Positions 41,280-55,766 of a stretch of 64,000 nt of DNA are shown here, piece after piece (position 1 is the stretch's first letter; every line of letters starts with the position of its first letter). The stretch comes from Octopus vulgaris (lineage: Eukaryota): contig OX597842.1 of assembly GCA_951406725.2 (NCBI GenBank), positions 8,246,001 to 8,310,000 of the forward strand, written 5' to 3'. Both the position numbers and the translations under genes were made by a program. Under the pieces are notes generated by a model, which saw only the letters and a list, made by a program, of their open reading frames with translations, made no database searches and had not been told where the DNA came from.

Positions 41280-41485
41280 AGTGTGTGTTGTGTGTCTGTG
41301 TTTGTCCCCCTAGCATTGTTTACGTCCCCGTTACTTAGCGGTTCGGCAAAAGAGACCGATATAATAAGTACTGGGCTTACAAAGAATAAGTCCCGGGGTC
41401 GATTTGCTCGACTAAAAGGCGATGCTCCAGCATGGCCGCAGTCAAATGACTGAAACAAGTAAAAGAGTAAAAGAGTAAAAGAGTA
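41050..41485 (+). mobile_element. tRNA-derived SINE, family 1
   Basis: Matches the other copies; (gtaaaaga)n tail. Confidence 0.85.
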
Positions 41486-41616
41486 ATATACATATATAAA
41501 AAATTCAGGGTGAATAATTGATAAATGTAAGCACCTGTATATGCCAGCTAGTAGCAAAGGTGAGAGGATATATGTATCAAAAGAAATAAAATGAAAAACA
41601 GGACACAAAGGATGTC

Positions 41617-41709
41617 GCGGTACATATGTTTCGGGCTTTATAGAACAACTTATTCTTACATCAATGCATAATCGATATAACAGATAGTTCAAAAGCCCTC
41701 TTCAGCCGC
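41617..41709 (-). ncRNA. Hammerhead ribozyme motif with a long stem II, sense to the gene
   Basis: gcgg CTGAAGA gggcttt...aaagccc GAAAC atat GTA ccgc. Fully canonical core and GC-rich stems. Confidence 0.7.
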
Positions 41710-42449
41710 ATGCAATTGCTACACCAAAGACTTGTATCACATTATGAAAGGTTTAGTATTATTTATAATGGTAGGTAAACTGAGTATCACTGGGAAAGTA
41801 TGTTTGTAAATCTTCATAATCAAATAGGCGTACAGGGTAATATTGGACTCCAAAAATTCGTTTTCTCACTCAATAGTGGAAGCACTCCGTCGGTTACGAC
41901 GATGAGGGTTCCGGTTGATCCGAATCAACGGAACAGCCTGCTCGTGAAATTAAGGTGTATGTGGCTGAGCACTCCACAGACACGTGCACCCTTAACGTAG
42001 TTCTCGGGGATATTCAGGTTGACACAGAAAGTGACAAGGCCGGCCCCTTGAAATACAGGTACAACAGAAACAGAAAATAAGAGTGAGAGAAAGTTGTGGT
42101 GAAAGAGTACAGCAGGGATCACCACCATCCCCTGCCGGAGCCTCGTGGAGCTTTTAGGTGTTTTCGCTCAATAAACACTCACAACGCCCGGTCTGGGAAT
42201 CGAAACCGCGATCCTACGACCGCGGGTCCGCTGCCCTAACCACTGGGCCATTGTGCCTCCACACTCTCACTCAATATATCGTTTATGATAGGTGATTAAA
42301 AGAAAAATGATAATGTTAAATTTTTGCAATGCAAATACGTGAAAGAAAATATAGTTTAGTTGGTAGCCAACATCTTGCTGAGTCTTTTGATAACCCAAAC
42401 GTCAAAATCGGCAACTCGGGTTTTAGAATGCATAAGGAACATCTGAAAA

Positions 42450-42771
42450 AGACTCCGCCGGTTACGACGACGAGGGTCCCAGCTAATACGATCAACGGAA
42501 CAGCTTGCTCGTGGAATTAATGTGCAAATGGCTGAGCATTCCACAGACACGTGTACCCTTAACGTAGTTCTCGGGGATAATCAGCGTGACACAGAGAGTG
42601 ATAAGGCTGACCCTTTGAAATACAAGTACAACTCATTTTTGCCAGCTGAGTGGACTGGAGCAACGTGAAATAAAGTGTCTTGCTCAAGGACACAACGCGT
42701 CGCCGGGAATCGAACTCACAACCTTACGATCATGAGCCGAATGCCCTAACCACTAAGCCACGCGCCCTCAC
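42450..42771 (-). mobile_element. tRNA-derived SINE, family 4 (gtgagggcgcgtggcttagtggttaggg...ccttgagcaagacac)
   Basis: A/B boxes are present. Relatives at ~37425-37760, 41880-42065 and the inverted pair 54370-54930. Confidence 0.75.
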
Positions 42772-42833
42772 ATAAGGAACATACGCGCGCGCACACACAC
42801 ATACAAATACAAACTCTCTTATATATATATATA

Positions 42834-43230
42834 CTAGCAGTATCGCCCGGCGTTGCTCGGGTTTGTAAGGGAAATAACTATATAAGCATTTTTAGAGAGT
42901 TATAGCCAAAAAGTAGCAAAAAAATGCATTAAAAATGGAAAACAAATAATGGTAAATTTTTTAAAATTCGTTGACTCATCGTATACATTTTTAGAGAGTT
43001 ACTTCCCTTATATAATAGCGAAAAAATGCATTAAAATGGAAAAAAATGATGGTAAATTTTTTTTTAAATCGTAGACTCATCGTAGACGCGCGCTAATACC
43101 CAGAAGGGCTCGATATGAATCACGACTATAAGATACCCGGTTTTGGTTAAACTGCACCGCAAAATGTGGGAGTAGTTAGGGATCTAAATCGTAGGAGACA
43201 GACACACAACCTTACTTTTATATATAAAGA
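42834..43230 (-). mobile_element. Non-autonomous Helitron
   Basis: TC start and hairpin plus CTAG end on the minus strand; homologous to 3996-4587. Confidence 0.85.
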
Positions 43231-43772
43231 TATACATACACACATATACGTATGTTATATATTATTATTTATTATATATATACATATGTGTGTGTGTATG
43301 CATATATATTTTTTATTTATGCGCCCTTTTCAAGCCTAACCAGGCTCATGGGCAAGGTTTCCCGGTTTCTGTGGCGTATGTGTTCCCCCCAGCTGGACGC
43401 AGCGTTACTCAAGAAACAGGAAAAAAGAGCGAGAGAAAGTTGGGGCGAAAGAGTACAACAGGGGTCACCCCCCCTTGCCAAAGCCTCGTGGAGCATTGGG
43501 TGTTTTCGCTCAATAAACACACACAACTCCCGGTCTGGGAATCGAAACCGCGATCCTCCGACCGCGAGTCCGCTGCCCTAACCACTGGGCCATTGCGCCT
43601 CCACACAAAATAAATATATACAAATTATGAAAATAATACGAAAAAATATACAGTTCTGTTTCTACTTTGCGGATTTTCACCAAAAGCGGGTGGGGGGTTT
43701 GGAACGCAACACCCGCGATAGTCGAGGGCTTACTGTAAATATAAATGTATTTATGTACAGTATGTATGTATA

Positions 43773-44079
43773 TCTTTATATATAAAATTAAAGTTGTGTG
43801 TGTGAGACTCTGTCTCCTCCGATTTAGATTCCTAACTACTCCCACATTTTGCGGTGCAGTTTAACCAAAAGCGGGTATCTTATAGTCGTCACTCATATCG
43901 AGCCCTTCTGGGTATTAGCGCGCGTCTACGATGAGTCTACGATTAAAAAAAAAATTTACCATAATTTTTCCGCATTTTAAATAATTTTTGCACGGGTTAT
44001 ATAAGGGAAGTAACTCTCTAAAAATGCTTATATAGTTATTTCCCTTACAAACCCGAGCAACGCCGGGCGATACTGCTTG
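43773..44079 (+). mobile_element. Non-autonomous Helitron
   Basis: TC start, 3' hairpin, CTTG end. It lies in inverted orientation to 42834-43230. Confidence 0.8.
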
Positions 44080-44244
44080 TGTATATATAAAAATATATGT
44101 ATGTACGGATGGATGGATGTGTAAAATAGTAAATTTACAGACTGCTTTATGTATTTGCTCCGAACTGTTTCAGAGGTATATTCAGCCATGACTAATGTAG
44201 GGGGTCACCCCCAGCCCTCTACAGAGAACGAACTCAAGACTCAC

Positions 44245-44289
44245 CAGAATCAAAATGCCGCTGCATGCCATGGTCTGCTCCTGTTCCTG
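44245..44289 (-). CDS. Cys-loop receptor exon 3 (QEQEQTMACSGILIL)
   Basis: Acceptor tttccaaatttcag|CAG and donor CTG|gtgagt. 45 nt, phase 0-0, equivalent to the conserved 45-nt nAChR exon (DEKNQVLTTNIWLQM in alpha7). Confidence 0.88.
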
Positions 44290-44541
44290 CTGAAATTTGG
44301 AAAAGAAATTGTAAAATACGAGGTTATAATTATACACGAGCACATACACACATACGCGTACACACGCACACATGTAGCAGGTAGCGTTTAAAATGCGAGC
44401 AGGGGCCATAGCGGGCAGAGATCTATAGCCCCAGCCTAATACCATTTAGTCATTCTATGAACGGACATGTAAGGAACTTCTTGCAATTACTTTTACTGCT
44501 CTAACTTTTAAAGCGTTTCTTTTTGGGATATATGATCCACT

Positions 44542-44602
<61 letters not shown>

Positions 44603-44732
44603 CAATTGAGGGTAAAATTAATTAATTATTAATCAATTTCACCAAGTATTCAGTATGTAAAGGGACCATTATAGGCGAATTCAAAATATTACATTATATA
44701 TAAGGGCAAAGTAATTTATTTTACTAAGCCCT

Positions 44733-44822
<90 letters not shown>

Positions 44823-45044
44823 ATTTAGGAATGGTCATTTTGCCAGTTTAGCCAATAAAAACACGCGCACTATATATTTGGTGCTACTTTGCTTCAGTGT
44901 TATTTATTTTTTACATTAATCTTAATCTTATTTCGGCCAGAGTTCTTATTGGCTAAACTGGCAAAATGACCATTCCTAAATACAACAATATCTGTTTCAA
45001 CACACGACTTCACATAAAAAATCTTGCACAACAAATATTTAAAC

Positions 45045-45097
<53 letters not shown>

Positions 45098-45164
45098 GGA
45101 GTAAACACATAAATGTGAAACAAGGTGGAAAAAAGAGTACTCAAATACCAGTGGTAGAGTAATA

Positions 45165-45321
45165 TGCTTTATTTTAAGCAGCAGAAAATTCAACAAAATC
45201 TGTTACTCTGAGTTTCTCGTTGCCGTTCATCAGACAGTTTTTGTTAGAAAACTGTCTGATGAACGGCAACGAGAAACTCAGAGTAACAGATTTTGTTGAA
45301 TTTTCTGCTGCTTAAAATAAA

Positions 45322-45322
<1 letters not shown>
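45165..45322. repeat. Near-perfect ~75-bp-arm palindrome carrying a hammerhead motif on both strands
   Basis: Arms are separated by a ~6-nt loop near 45242-45247. Motif ctgt CTGATGA acg gcaa cga GAAAC tcaga GTA acag at 45252-45289. Confidence 0.85.
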
Positions 45323-45354
<32 letters not shown>

Positions 45355-45366
<12 letters not shown>

Positions 45367-45527
45367 TAAAGAGTAACCACTGTGTGGTCGACTCTAGCGC
45401 TAAAAATAGATCCGCTAGTTGTCGTGCTAACTTTCATCGGAAATAATTCTTTGTGGCTGAAACCTAGCGGATCTATTTTTAGTGCTAGAGTAGACCACAT
45501 AATGGTCACTCTCTTATATTTATATTT
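45355..45527. mobile_element. MITE-like element with ~65-bp terminal inverted repeats
   Basis: ataaatataaagagtaaccactgtgtggtcgactctagcgctaaaaatagatccgctag versus its reverse complement at 45463-45527. Confidence 0.6.
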
Positions 45528-45631
45528 ATGCATAAAATTTATCGAAATCCAGGTTTTTATGCACTAAGCCACTTGGTGTTAAATAGATGTACTATTAAAT
45601 TAGTATCCAATTTTCTCACCCTTTTTAGTTG

Positions 45632-45693
<62 letters not shown>

Positions 45694-45719
45694 AAAAAAT
45701 TTAATTTAATTTAATTTTA

Positions 45720-47066
45720 TTTTATTTTATCTAGTTTCAGCTCACGAGCTGTGGCCATGCTGGGGCACCGCCATTTGGTGTTGCTACGTGATTTTACTTC
45801 ACGAATGCTTTTTAGCAACTGCCATTTGGTGCATGAGAGAGTTCAATGCAGCTGCCCTTATCTGCACCTCCTGCCGTGAAGTTGGTTCATCTGGGACACC
45901 TAACAGGAAGAGATCCAGTTTTATTTTAAAGACATCTGCATCCACCCCATGCAGGTCTCTCAGGTTCTTCGTGAGGATATTGAAGAGCTGTGGGCCTCTG
46001 AAGCCCAGGCTATCACAGTATCTTGTCCTACATCTTGATGGCAAATTTGGAGTCCTTGGCACCATGCAGTGGCGCCCAGTTCTAGCATTTGTGTAACTCT
46101 CGATGCCAAAGTTTGGGACAAGTCCTTCTAGGATCTTCCAGATGTATATTATGGCATATCTTTCTCGCCTACGCTCTAAGGAATAGAGTCTTAATCTCTT
46201 GAGTCTTTCCCAGTAGCTTATATGCTGCACAGAGGCTATCTTCTTCGTGTAGCTTCGTTGTATCGCCTCAAGTTCTGTGATTAACTTGACACTGGATGGT
46301 GACCATAGCTGAGAGCAATAGTCAAAGTGGCTTAGGACAAGTGTCCTCCAGAGGACCATCATGGTTTCCTGGTCTCTTGTTCTAAAGGTTCTAAGAATCC
46401 ATCCGGTCAGCCGCCTACATTTCATTGCCAATTTAGCAACATGCACACATCTATAGCCTTTATTACATCGTCTTCCTTTATATTGATGTAATCAATCATC
46501 GCTGCCTCCGATTTTATATCTGCAGTGGTAAAGAAGTCAGTTGGATTGCTGACTTGAAAATGCCCTAGGGGTGGAGTGAAAATACTCTTGAATTGCTCAT
46601 TTAGTATTTCACTTATCCTCATTGGATTTCCTGTGAGTGTGCCATCCTTTTCAAGGAGTGGCCCTATCCTACAGTGCACCGTAGCTGTTTCTTTGGCATA
46701 CCTGTAGAAAGCTATGGGGTTAGATTTTATGTTGTCTATAGCCCAGGCTTCTTTGTCTGCTCTTTCTTTTTCATGGGAGAGTTGCAGACATTTTTCAATT
46801 TCCAAAAGTTTCATTTTCAGGCGAGACTTTTCACTGCTTTCAATTGTTTGTTTAGGCGATTTGAAACTTTTGTACGCCGTCTCATTAGAATTTTCCTCTC
46901 TCTGGGGATTTTGTTCATGTGTACAGTGGCCTTTCTCTCTGGGACACATTTGTAGCATATGGCTTGCATTACAGACATGAATTGTTGAAGTTTCATGTCG
47001 ATGTCTGGCGAGGAGAGACATTCAGGCCAGTTTTGTTTGAGGATCTCTTTCTCAATTTGTTTCCAG
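45720..47066 (-). mobile_element. CR1/L2-group LINE fragment, internally deleted
   Basis: AIDNIKSNPIAFYRYAK...IGPL...LNEQFKSIFT is joined to the RT C-terminus LVLSHFDYCSQLWSP...LEAIQRSYTK...YWERLKRLRLYSLERRRER. Confidence 0.85.
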
Positions 47067-47614
47067 TTATATATATATATATATATAGTCAATCCAAACA
47101 TGAAAACACAACAACGCGAGGACGTGGAACAAATATAGTATTATTGGACGCTCAGGAAAGAAGGAAAGAAGGAGGGTTTAACGTTTCGAGCGGAGCTCTT
47201 CGTCAGAAACATAGGAAAAGGAAAGATCCAGAGACGGGAAGGCGGAGGATAAAAAATCGCCAACGGTACACACGAGGTCACATTTTGAATATATATATAT
47301 ATGTATGTATACATATATACATATGCAACAGCCGATAACTGATGAAGGGTCGTTCTTTATGTTGCTAGGCTTGTTTTCCCTTTGTTTCTTTCGTTCTTGC
47401 AAAAAAGTTCATATTCCATGTATTTCGTATTTCGTATTTCATGTTTTCGTTTTTTAATGTTGTTTACGTTCCGTGATGTTCTGTGCCCACATATGCATAT
47501 GTATATACGTATAGATGTAAGTATGTACATATACGTCTGTATATATGCATATATATATATTATCTATATTATTATATGATTGAATGCCACGCATCCATTT
47601 CCAAGTAAGTTTTA

Positions 47615-48139
<525 letters not shown>

Positions 48140-48554
48140 CTTGTTTTAGCCACTTGATTGTGGTCATGCTGGAGCACTGCCTCAAAGGATTTGTAGCCGA
48201 AAAAAAATCAACCCCAGGACTTATTCTTTGTAGGCCAAGTACTTATACTATCGGTGTCTTTTGCCAACACGCTAAGTTACAGGGATATAAACACACCAGC
48301 ATCGATTGCCAAGCGATGGCGAGTGGACAAATGGACACACACACACACATATACAACGGGTTTCTTTTAGTTTCCATCTACCAAATCCACTCACAAGGTT
48401 TTCTTGTCCAAGGTGCCACGCAATGGGACTGAACCCGGAACCATGTGGTTGGGATGTAAACTTCTTACCATAACATGCACCTCGAAAAACAACAAACAAA
48501 CAGACAGGAACCCTCCAAGGAAAACATGAAATTCTCCTCTGCACGCATCAAATG

Positions 48555-49408
48555 TTATGTTAACATCATAAGCGGAAAGTGTAACCTCTCGAAAGAGCTG
48601 TTCTTCACTCCTGCTCCAGAGTGTCGGCTGCGGGGTCACTCCGAAAAGCTCTATCTACGACGATTTCATCTCAATCGAAGGAGAGGGGCTTTCTCCGTCC
48701 GGGTTGCGGATCCGTGGAATAAGCTGCCGGACGAGATAGTGAAGATGCTGACAACCGCTCGGTTCAAAGTCTCTCTTGACCACAAATGGCCTGAACTCTT
48801 TCCATGAACACCCTCCCTGTACATAACTCCATGTCCCCCTACATGGCCTTGCTTTTTGTTTTTTGAGCCAAAGAGAGTAATATTCATGATTCCTCTAGCT
48901 CCCTCATCGTATACTCATGTAACTTTCATCTCAATTGAAAGAGAGGGGCTTTCTCCATCCGGGTTGCGGATCCGTGGAATAAGCTGCCGGACGAGATAGT
49001 GAAGATGCCGACGACCGCTCGGTTCAAAGTCTCGCTTGACCAGAAATGGCCTGAACTCTTTGCATGAACATCCTCCCTGTACATAACTCCCTGTCCCCCT
49101 ACATGGCCTTGCTTTTGCTTTTTGAGCCAAAGAGAGTAATATTCATGATTCCTCACAGCTCCCTCATCGTATACTCATGTAACTTTCATCTCAATTGAAA
49201 GAGAGGGGCTTTCTCCATCCGGGTTGCGGATCCGTGGAATAAGCTGCCGGACGAGATAGTGAAGATGCCGACGACCGCTCGGTTCAAAGTCTCGCTTGAC
49301 CAGAAATGGCCTGAACTCTTTGCATGAACATCCTCCCTGTACATAACTCCCTGTCCCCCTACATGGCCTTGCTTTTTTGCTTTTTGAGCCAAAAAATTAA
49401 CTTAACTT
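48555..49408 (+). mobile_element. CR1-clade LINE 3' end, triplicated in tandem (~260-bp unit)
   Basis: Same family as 27606-28270. Units start near 48663, 48923 and 49183. The array ends ~15 nt from the exon 2 donor. Confidence 0.88.
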
Positions 49409-49424
49409 ATTCGCCATCACTTAC

Positions 49425-49564
49425 CAATTCTATGCTGTCCATCATTTGTATTTCAATATGAATATCGATTGTAGTGTTCAAAGAAGAAGGCCTAATCAAT
49501 GGACTGGATCCACTCTTAACGTGTGTCAGCAAAGTCTTTATCCTCTCGAAATGTATGCGGGGCC
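49425..49564 (-). CDS. Cys-loop receptor exon 2: N-terminal helix and beta1 (PRIHFERIKTLLTHVKSGSSPLIRPSSLNTTIDIHIEIQMMDSIEL)
   Basis: Acceptor ttttccttgcag|GG and donor TTG|gtaagt. 140 nt, the same size and position as exon 2 of alpha7-type nAChR genes. Carries the LL...IRP motif. Confidence 0.9.
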
Positions 49565-49845
49565 CTGCAAGGAAAAGAAACCCAAGCATTTACAGGTGAA
49601 ATTAATGTAGTATCACTCTCTCCCTCGTTAATACTCTCTTTCACTCTCTCTCCGTCTCTCTCTCTTTCCCGTACTCTCTCTCCCTCTCTCTCTCCATCTC
49701 TTTCCTTTGTCTGTCCTTTCTCTCTATCCCTTCACTTTTTCCATCCCCATACTTTTTCCACGTGTAGTTGCTATTTTCTTTTTGAAATATATTTCTATTA
49801 TACATACATACATACATACATACAAACATGACCATTCCGAAATAT

Positions 49846-49893
<48 letters not shown>

Positions 49894-50216
49894 TCTGTTC
49901 CAGTCAGACGCCGTGATAGATCGTTAGCTACTACGCACATTCTTTTTCTCTCCTTGTTTCTCTCTTTGTTTTTTTCTGTGTCCCTTTCTGTAGAAGAGCG
50001 TAGGCTCGAAACGTAAAAGACTTTTTTCTATTCCTGAGCGCTATACTAATACATCTGTTTGTTTGTACACCACCTGCGTTCGTCTTTTGTTTATTTTCGT
50101 AAACTTTCCCTATATAGCGGTATATTTATGTGTGTGTATATGTGTGGAACATACGAATATGTGCAATGTTCATATTGAAATACACATTAGTGGTAACATA
50201 TAATTAATAAGCACAC

Positions 50217-50319
<103 letters not shown>

Positions 50320-50879
50320 TATATACACACACAATGACAAATAAGATAGATATCTAGATATGCACACTTGGTTGTAGGCAAGTTGGACACTGGTTAGAGC
50401 AGCGGGCTCACGGTCGGAGGATCGGGGTTTCGATTCCCAGATCGGGCGTTGTGTGTGTTTATTGAGCGAAAACACTTAAAAGCTCCACGAGGCTCCGGCA
50501 GGGAGTGGTGGCGACCCCTGTTGTACTCTTTCGCTCCAACTTTTTCTCGCTCTTTCTTCCTGTTTCTTGTCCCCGATTTCCTACGCAACCGCTGAGCCTG
50601 GATGCGGATTCACCCATCCGCCGATGCTCTCGGTGTCGGGGGTTGACCCGCTTTCTCTTCTGCGGGTCTTACGAATAGCAAAGGACCACGATTCGGACTT
50701 CTCCCACGGGGACGAAGACCGCTTCTCTCAACAGCAAGAGCACAGCGACAGCAGCTTCAGCCGTGCCGCCGGAGCCGCGCGTCGTAATGACGGCAGCCCC
50801 AACAACACCGGTAGCAACAACAATATCCCCAGGCCCAGTGCCAGCAGGAGATGCACCAGTAATGCAAACACAATCAACA

Positions 50880-51203
50880 CCCAGGCCTGGAAATACATCG
50901 GATTAGCCGGTACGGCATTCCAGCGACGCTTGTGCAACCACAGGTCCTCCCTCAGGATCCCAGAAAGACGATTCGTCACATCCTTGACCAGCCATGTGTG
51001 ATGCCTCAAAGACAAAAGGACCCAATTCGATATCAAAGGGGGAAAAAAAAATCTTAGAACGGCAGAGACCCTACATCAATGGATGCGGGCGGGGCAAGCT
51101 CTGGGCATAGCCGAGCGAGCTAAAATACACAGAAAGAGAAATGGGTCGCTGAATACTCGCCAAGATATCTTCACACCATACATCCATTTCGAGCGCTACC
51201 TGT
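50880..51203 (+). pseudogene. Penelope GIY-YIG endonuclease fragment; its 3' part is duplicated at 55425-55647
   Basis: WKYIGLAGTAFQRRLCNHRSSLR...TSLTSHV*... Confidence 0.6.
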
Positions 51204-51229
51204 TTTAGTAACATCATATTGACAACTAC

Positions 51230-51262
<33 letters not shown>

Positions 51263-51292
51263 TGTATGTATGTATGTATGTATGTATGTATG

Positions 51293-51373
<81 letters not shown>

Positions 51374-51432
51374 TGAGAGAAAGAGAGAAGGGGAAGAGAG
51401 AGAGAGAAACAAACTGACAGACAATTTATATA

Positions 51433-51500
<68 letters not shown>

Positions 51501-51594
51501 TAGGTGACGGAATAAAAATATGCTGTCTTCGAAACATATGTCGAGAGTAAACGAATTTTGTAAACATCTTCGTTCGACTCCATTCTTCCATTCA

Positions 51595-51658
<64 letters not shown>

Positions 51659-51865
51659 CATATATATATATTCATATATATATATAAATTGTCTGTCTGT
51701 CTGTTTCTCTCTCTCCCTCTGTGTCTAGTTAATTTGCGTGGCTGACATCTGAAGATACTGTGTGTTTGTGTTGTTGTAATGGATATATGAACATACACGT
51801 CACATACTTATATATGTGTGTGCGTGTGTATACATCTGAGTGTGTGTATATATACATATATATAC

Positions 51866-51922
<57 letters not shown>

Positions 51923-52281
51923 CAAAGTGAGATAGGGGTTGTGATTGTAACCCTCTATGGGATAACATATATCCAATATACTGCCAGTAAAGCACCCAGA
52001 AATGCTAATACATAAATGCTAAGAATTGCAATGCAATTAATTCATTTATTGTATTATATGGGCGAAGGTAAAATGTTTTACCTCAAATTCATAATACAAA
52101 ATAAGAAAATGGAGGAATAGATTTTAATCAATCATCAACTACTAGATAATACCAATTCATATAATTTATTAACCAACTACATATGAACATCAAGGTCAAA
52201 CACAGAACAAAACAGTACACATCAATGAGAAATATGATACCATAAGTATAATACGTATAAATAAATATAAATATAAACTAG

Positions 52282-52408
52282 ATCTTACAGCTGTTTCAAC
52301 CATGTAGATAAGAGTATCTCATTATGCTCATATTAGCCAGGTGTGTTAAGGTAATATGTGGTTATAAATGAGATACTTACATATATACCCCAAGGCCTCT
52401 TCAGAGAT
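52282..52408 (-). ncRNA. Hammerhead motif with a long stem II loop, intron 1
   Basis: atct CTGAAGA ggccttg...catggtt GAAAC agct GTA agat. Confidence 0.5.
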
Positions 52409-54369
52409 TATAAAGTACAATTCAAATATGAATATTAGAGAAGGTACACATATACAAGAATAAGTACATATACATAATATACACATACATGTAAGCGCAA
52501 ATACACATGCACCTACATATATATAAGTATATACATAATAATATACATATAAGGTTACAGTTAGTCAAATCAATATATTAGAATATACATACATACACAC
52601 ATCTACATGAAAGTGTACATATACAAAGTCCAGAGTTCATTGTATTAAGTTACAAAGGCTATTAATATTATTATTATTAATATTATTAATAATAATACCA
52701 GTAAAAGAATATGTGCATTCAGCCATTCACAATACATAGTAGATGGAAAATATCACATAGAATACAGCAACAGCATAATATAATAATATAATAATATAAT
52801 ACAATACAACACAGTATAGCTCAAAAGGAATATTTTTTCTTTATATATGTTTGTTGAGCTATACTGTATGGTCACAATAATATTCACAGAGAATGCAGAT
52901 ACCTTACAAACCCTATGCACATCATCACAACAGTTGGTCAATAAGTTCCAAGTACTTTGACACGTTAGAATAAAGGAAAAAATATAAATCTAAAATTTAT
53001 TCAATTTGGAGAAAAAGACTATCACTTGTTATGAGTAGGCATAGTACTTATTAACTGGGGGAAAAGCCTTATTAATCAAGTGAACATATTATGGGTCAAA
53101 ATATATACTAAGAGGGAAAATCAAAGAATATATACAAAATATATACTAAGAGGGAAAATCAAAGAAAGAAGATATTCAAAGATTTAGTAGAATGTGATAT
53201 TTCATAATATGAAGGGAGGTGATTTAGAAGAGTAAATTATTCAAATTTCATGGATAGTGAGTTGATATTAGTGAATTAAAATATAGGATCTAATGGGAAT
53301 AAAATTTACTACCTGCGGATAAAAGTTAATTAGTTAGGTAAAAATATCTTAGGTTAATTATATATTAAGAAATGGGAGTGAGATAATCAAGATTAACCAA
53401 ATACTTTCCCTAGGGACATAGGATTAATGCTACTTAGTATTGGAGAACATTATGAAAAAGAAGAATTTAATTCTAAGTTTATAATGAAGTTTTTTAATCA
53501 TTTATGGGTGTTAGACTAAAACCAGTATGGTATATTCGTTCCTATTTGGTTAAATATATTTTGTAAAGATATCTTAGACTAATTATATATTAAGAAATGG
53601 AAGTGAGATAATCAAGGTGAACTGAATAGTTTCTTTAGGGATATAGGATTCATACTATTTAGTATTACTACTATTTGGGATTCATACTATTTAGGATTTC
53701 AACTAATTAGATTCATACGGTTTAATTTTAGAAAAATGAAGAATTCAATTTTAAGTTTGCAGTGAAGTTTTTTTTGTCATCTATGAATGTTAAATTGAAA
53801 GCCAGTATGGTATATTTGTTTTTATTTGATTATAAAGAATTAAAATTTGAAAAATATAGGAATATTCACAAAATTATTATTTAAAGTATTTAAACGTTCG
53901 GTTTGTACGATGTATACAAGATGATCACAGCTCCAAACGGTTATTTAACAGATTTGTATTACTCTGATGTTTCAAAATTTCATAAGTTTCCATAGAACAA
54001 AGTTGACAACCATCCCTACTATTTCTACAAGGTTGCGCCCTTCTTATTATATCCCATTTTAGGTTGAATTCTATATTATTTGTTTTTAGTTCCTAAATTT
54101 TGCTAGATAATGTTGTGCAACCTGCCTAAAAGAGGAAAAATGATTGTTAAGACGTTTTTTAAAATCTACCGAACAACCGAAATAAAGAAGGCTATTGTTA
54201 GAAGTTATTATCGTGCATTTATAAAAAATACGTTTTGGACCGAACAACGATCAGATACCGGACATTTTGATCTAATCCTACAATTACAACTGGGGGGATA
54301 GTGTCCGGTACTGGAATTATTTAATGACAGTTCACTTTCATTACTTTCATATATATATATAATGAAAGA

Positions 54370-54627
54370 GCACTCCGTCGGAACAGCTTGCTAGTGAAAT
54401 TAACGTGCAAGTGACTGAGCAATCAACAGACACGTGTCCCCCTAACGAAGTTCTCAGGGAGATTCAGCGTGACATAAGGCCGGCCCTTTGAAATATAGGT
54501 ACAACTCATTTTTGCCAGCTGAGTGGACAGGGGCAACGTGAAATAAAGTGTCTTGCTCAAGGACACAACGCGTCGCTGGGAATTGACCTCACGACCTTAC
54601 AATCGCGAGCCGAATACCCTAACCAAT

Positions 54628-54687
<60 letters not shown>

Positions 54688-54932
54688 ATGTGTGTGTGGC
54701 TTATTGGTTAGGGTATTCGGCTCGCGATTGTAAGGTCGTGAGGTCAATTCCCAGCGACGCGTTGTGTCCTTGAGCAAGACACTTTATTTCACGTTGCCCC
54801 TGTCCACTCAGCTGGCAAAAATGAGTTGTACCTGTATTTCAAAGGGCCGGCCTTATGTCACGCTGAATCTCCCTGAGAACTTCGTTAGGGGGACACGTGT
54901 CTGTTGATTGCTCAGACACTTGCACGTTAATT
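54370..54932. repeat. Head-to-head inverted pair of SINE family 4 around a (GT)n spacer
   Basis: 54395-54630 is a near-perfect reverse complement of 54700-54932. Confidence 0.88.
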
Positions 54933-55651
54933 TTAAAAAGTTAAAAGTTAAAAGTTAAAAGTTAATAAAGTTAAAACGTTTTCACGTTTTTTTTTAATGG
55001 TATTTTAACAAAATTAGCGCTTTCATACACAGTGAACTCATCAGATTTCAAATGTGTTTAACTGACAGTTCAGTCCTTGATAACTTTAGTATCTCTTAGA
55101 ACGCTCCAACCAGACAAATTTTTCGAATACTTTTTTGATCAATCCGTAAGCTCTTAAACATCACAGTCTGCCAGCCGTACTGATATTCTGCAACTTGTTT
55201 ATATTTTTTAATCCACATCATTAACTGGTTGTTATATAATTGTTGTTATTTCCGTTCAGAACAGGTTTGAACATTTTAATAAACCGTTTTTCTTTTATCT
55301 TTCTTCCAACCTCACTTGTGTCATGTAGTTTGTGGAAAGGAAAAATTAGAAACGTTTTCTGACCACATGTCTCTATACATTCGCTCAATGGAATTTGGCA
55401 AACATTGGTGTTCTGGATTTGTTATCACATCCTTGACCAGCCATGTGTGATGCCTCAAAGACAAAAGGACCCAATTCGATATCAAAGGGGAAAAAGTTTA
55501 GAACGGCAGAGACCCTACATCAATGGAAGCGGGCGGCGCAAGCTCTGGGTATAGCCGAGCGAGCTAAAATACACAGAAAGAGAAATGGGTCGCTGAATAC
55601 TCGCCAAGATATCTTCACACCATACATCCATTTCGAGCGCTACCTGCTACA

Positions 55652-55689
<38 letters not shown>

Positions 55690-55766
55690 CATACGTATAC
55701 ACACAGAGACATAACTATAGTGACAGCATTATTCGACAAGAAAAATTATTATAGACATGGACTAAC

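Noticed and set aside
50567-51001. 144-aa GC-rich ORF
   Set aside because: It is a chimera of a SINE end and a Penelope GIY-YIG fragment.
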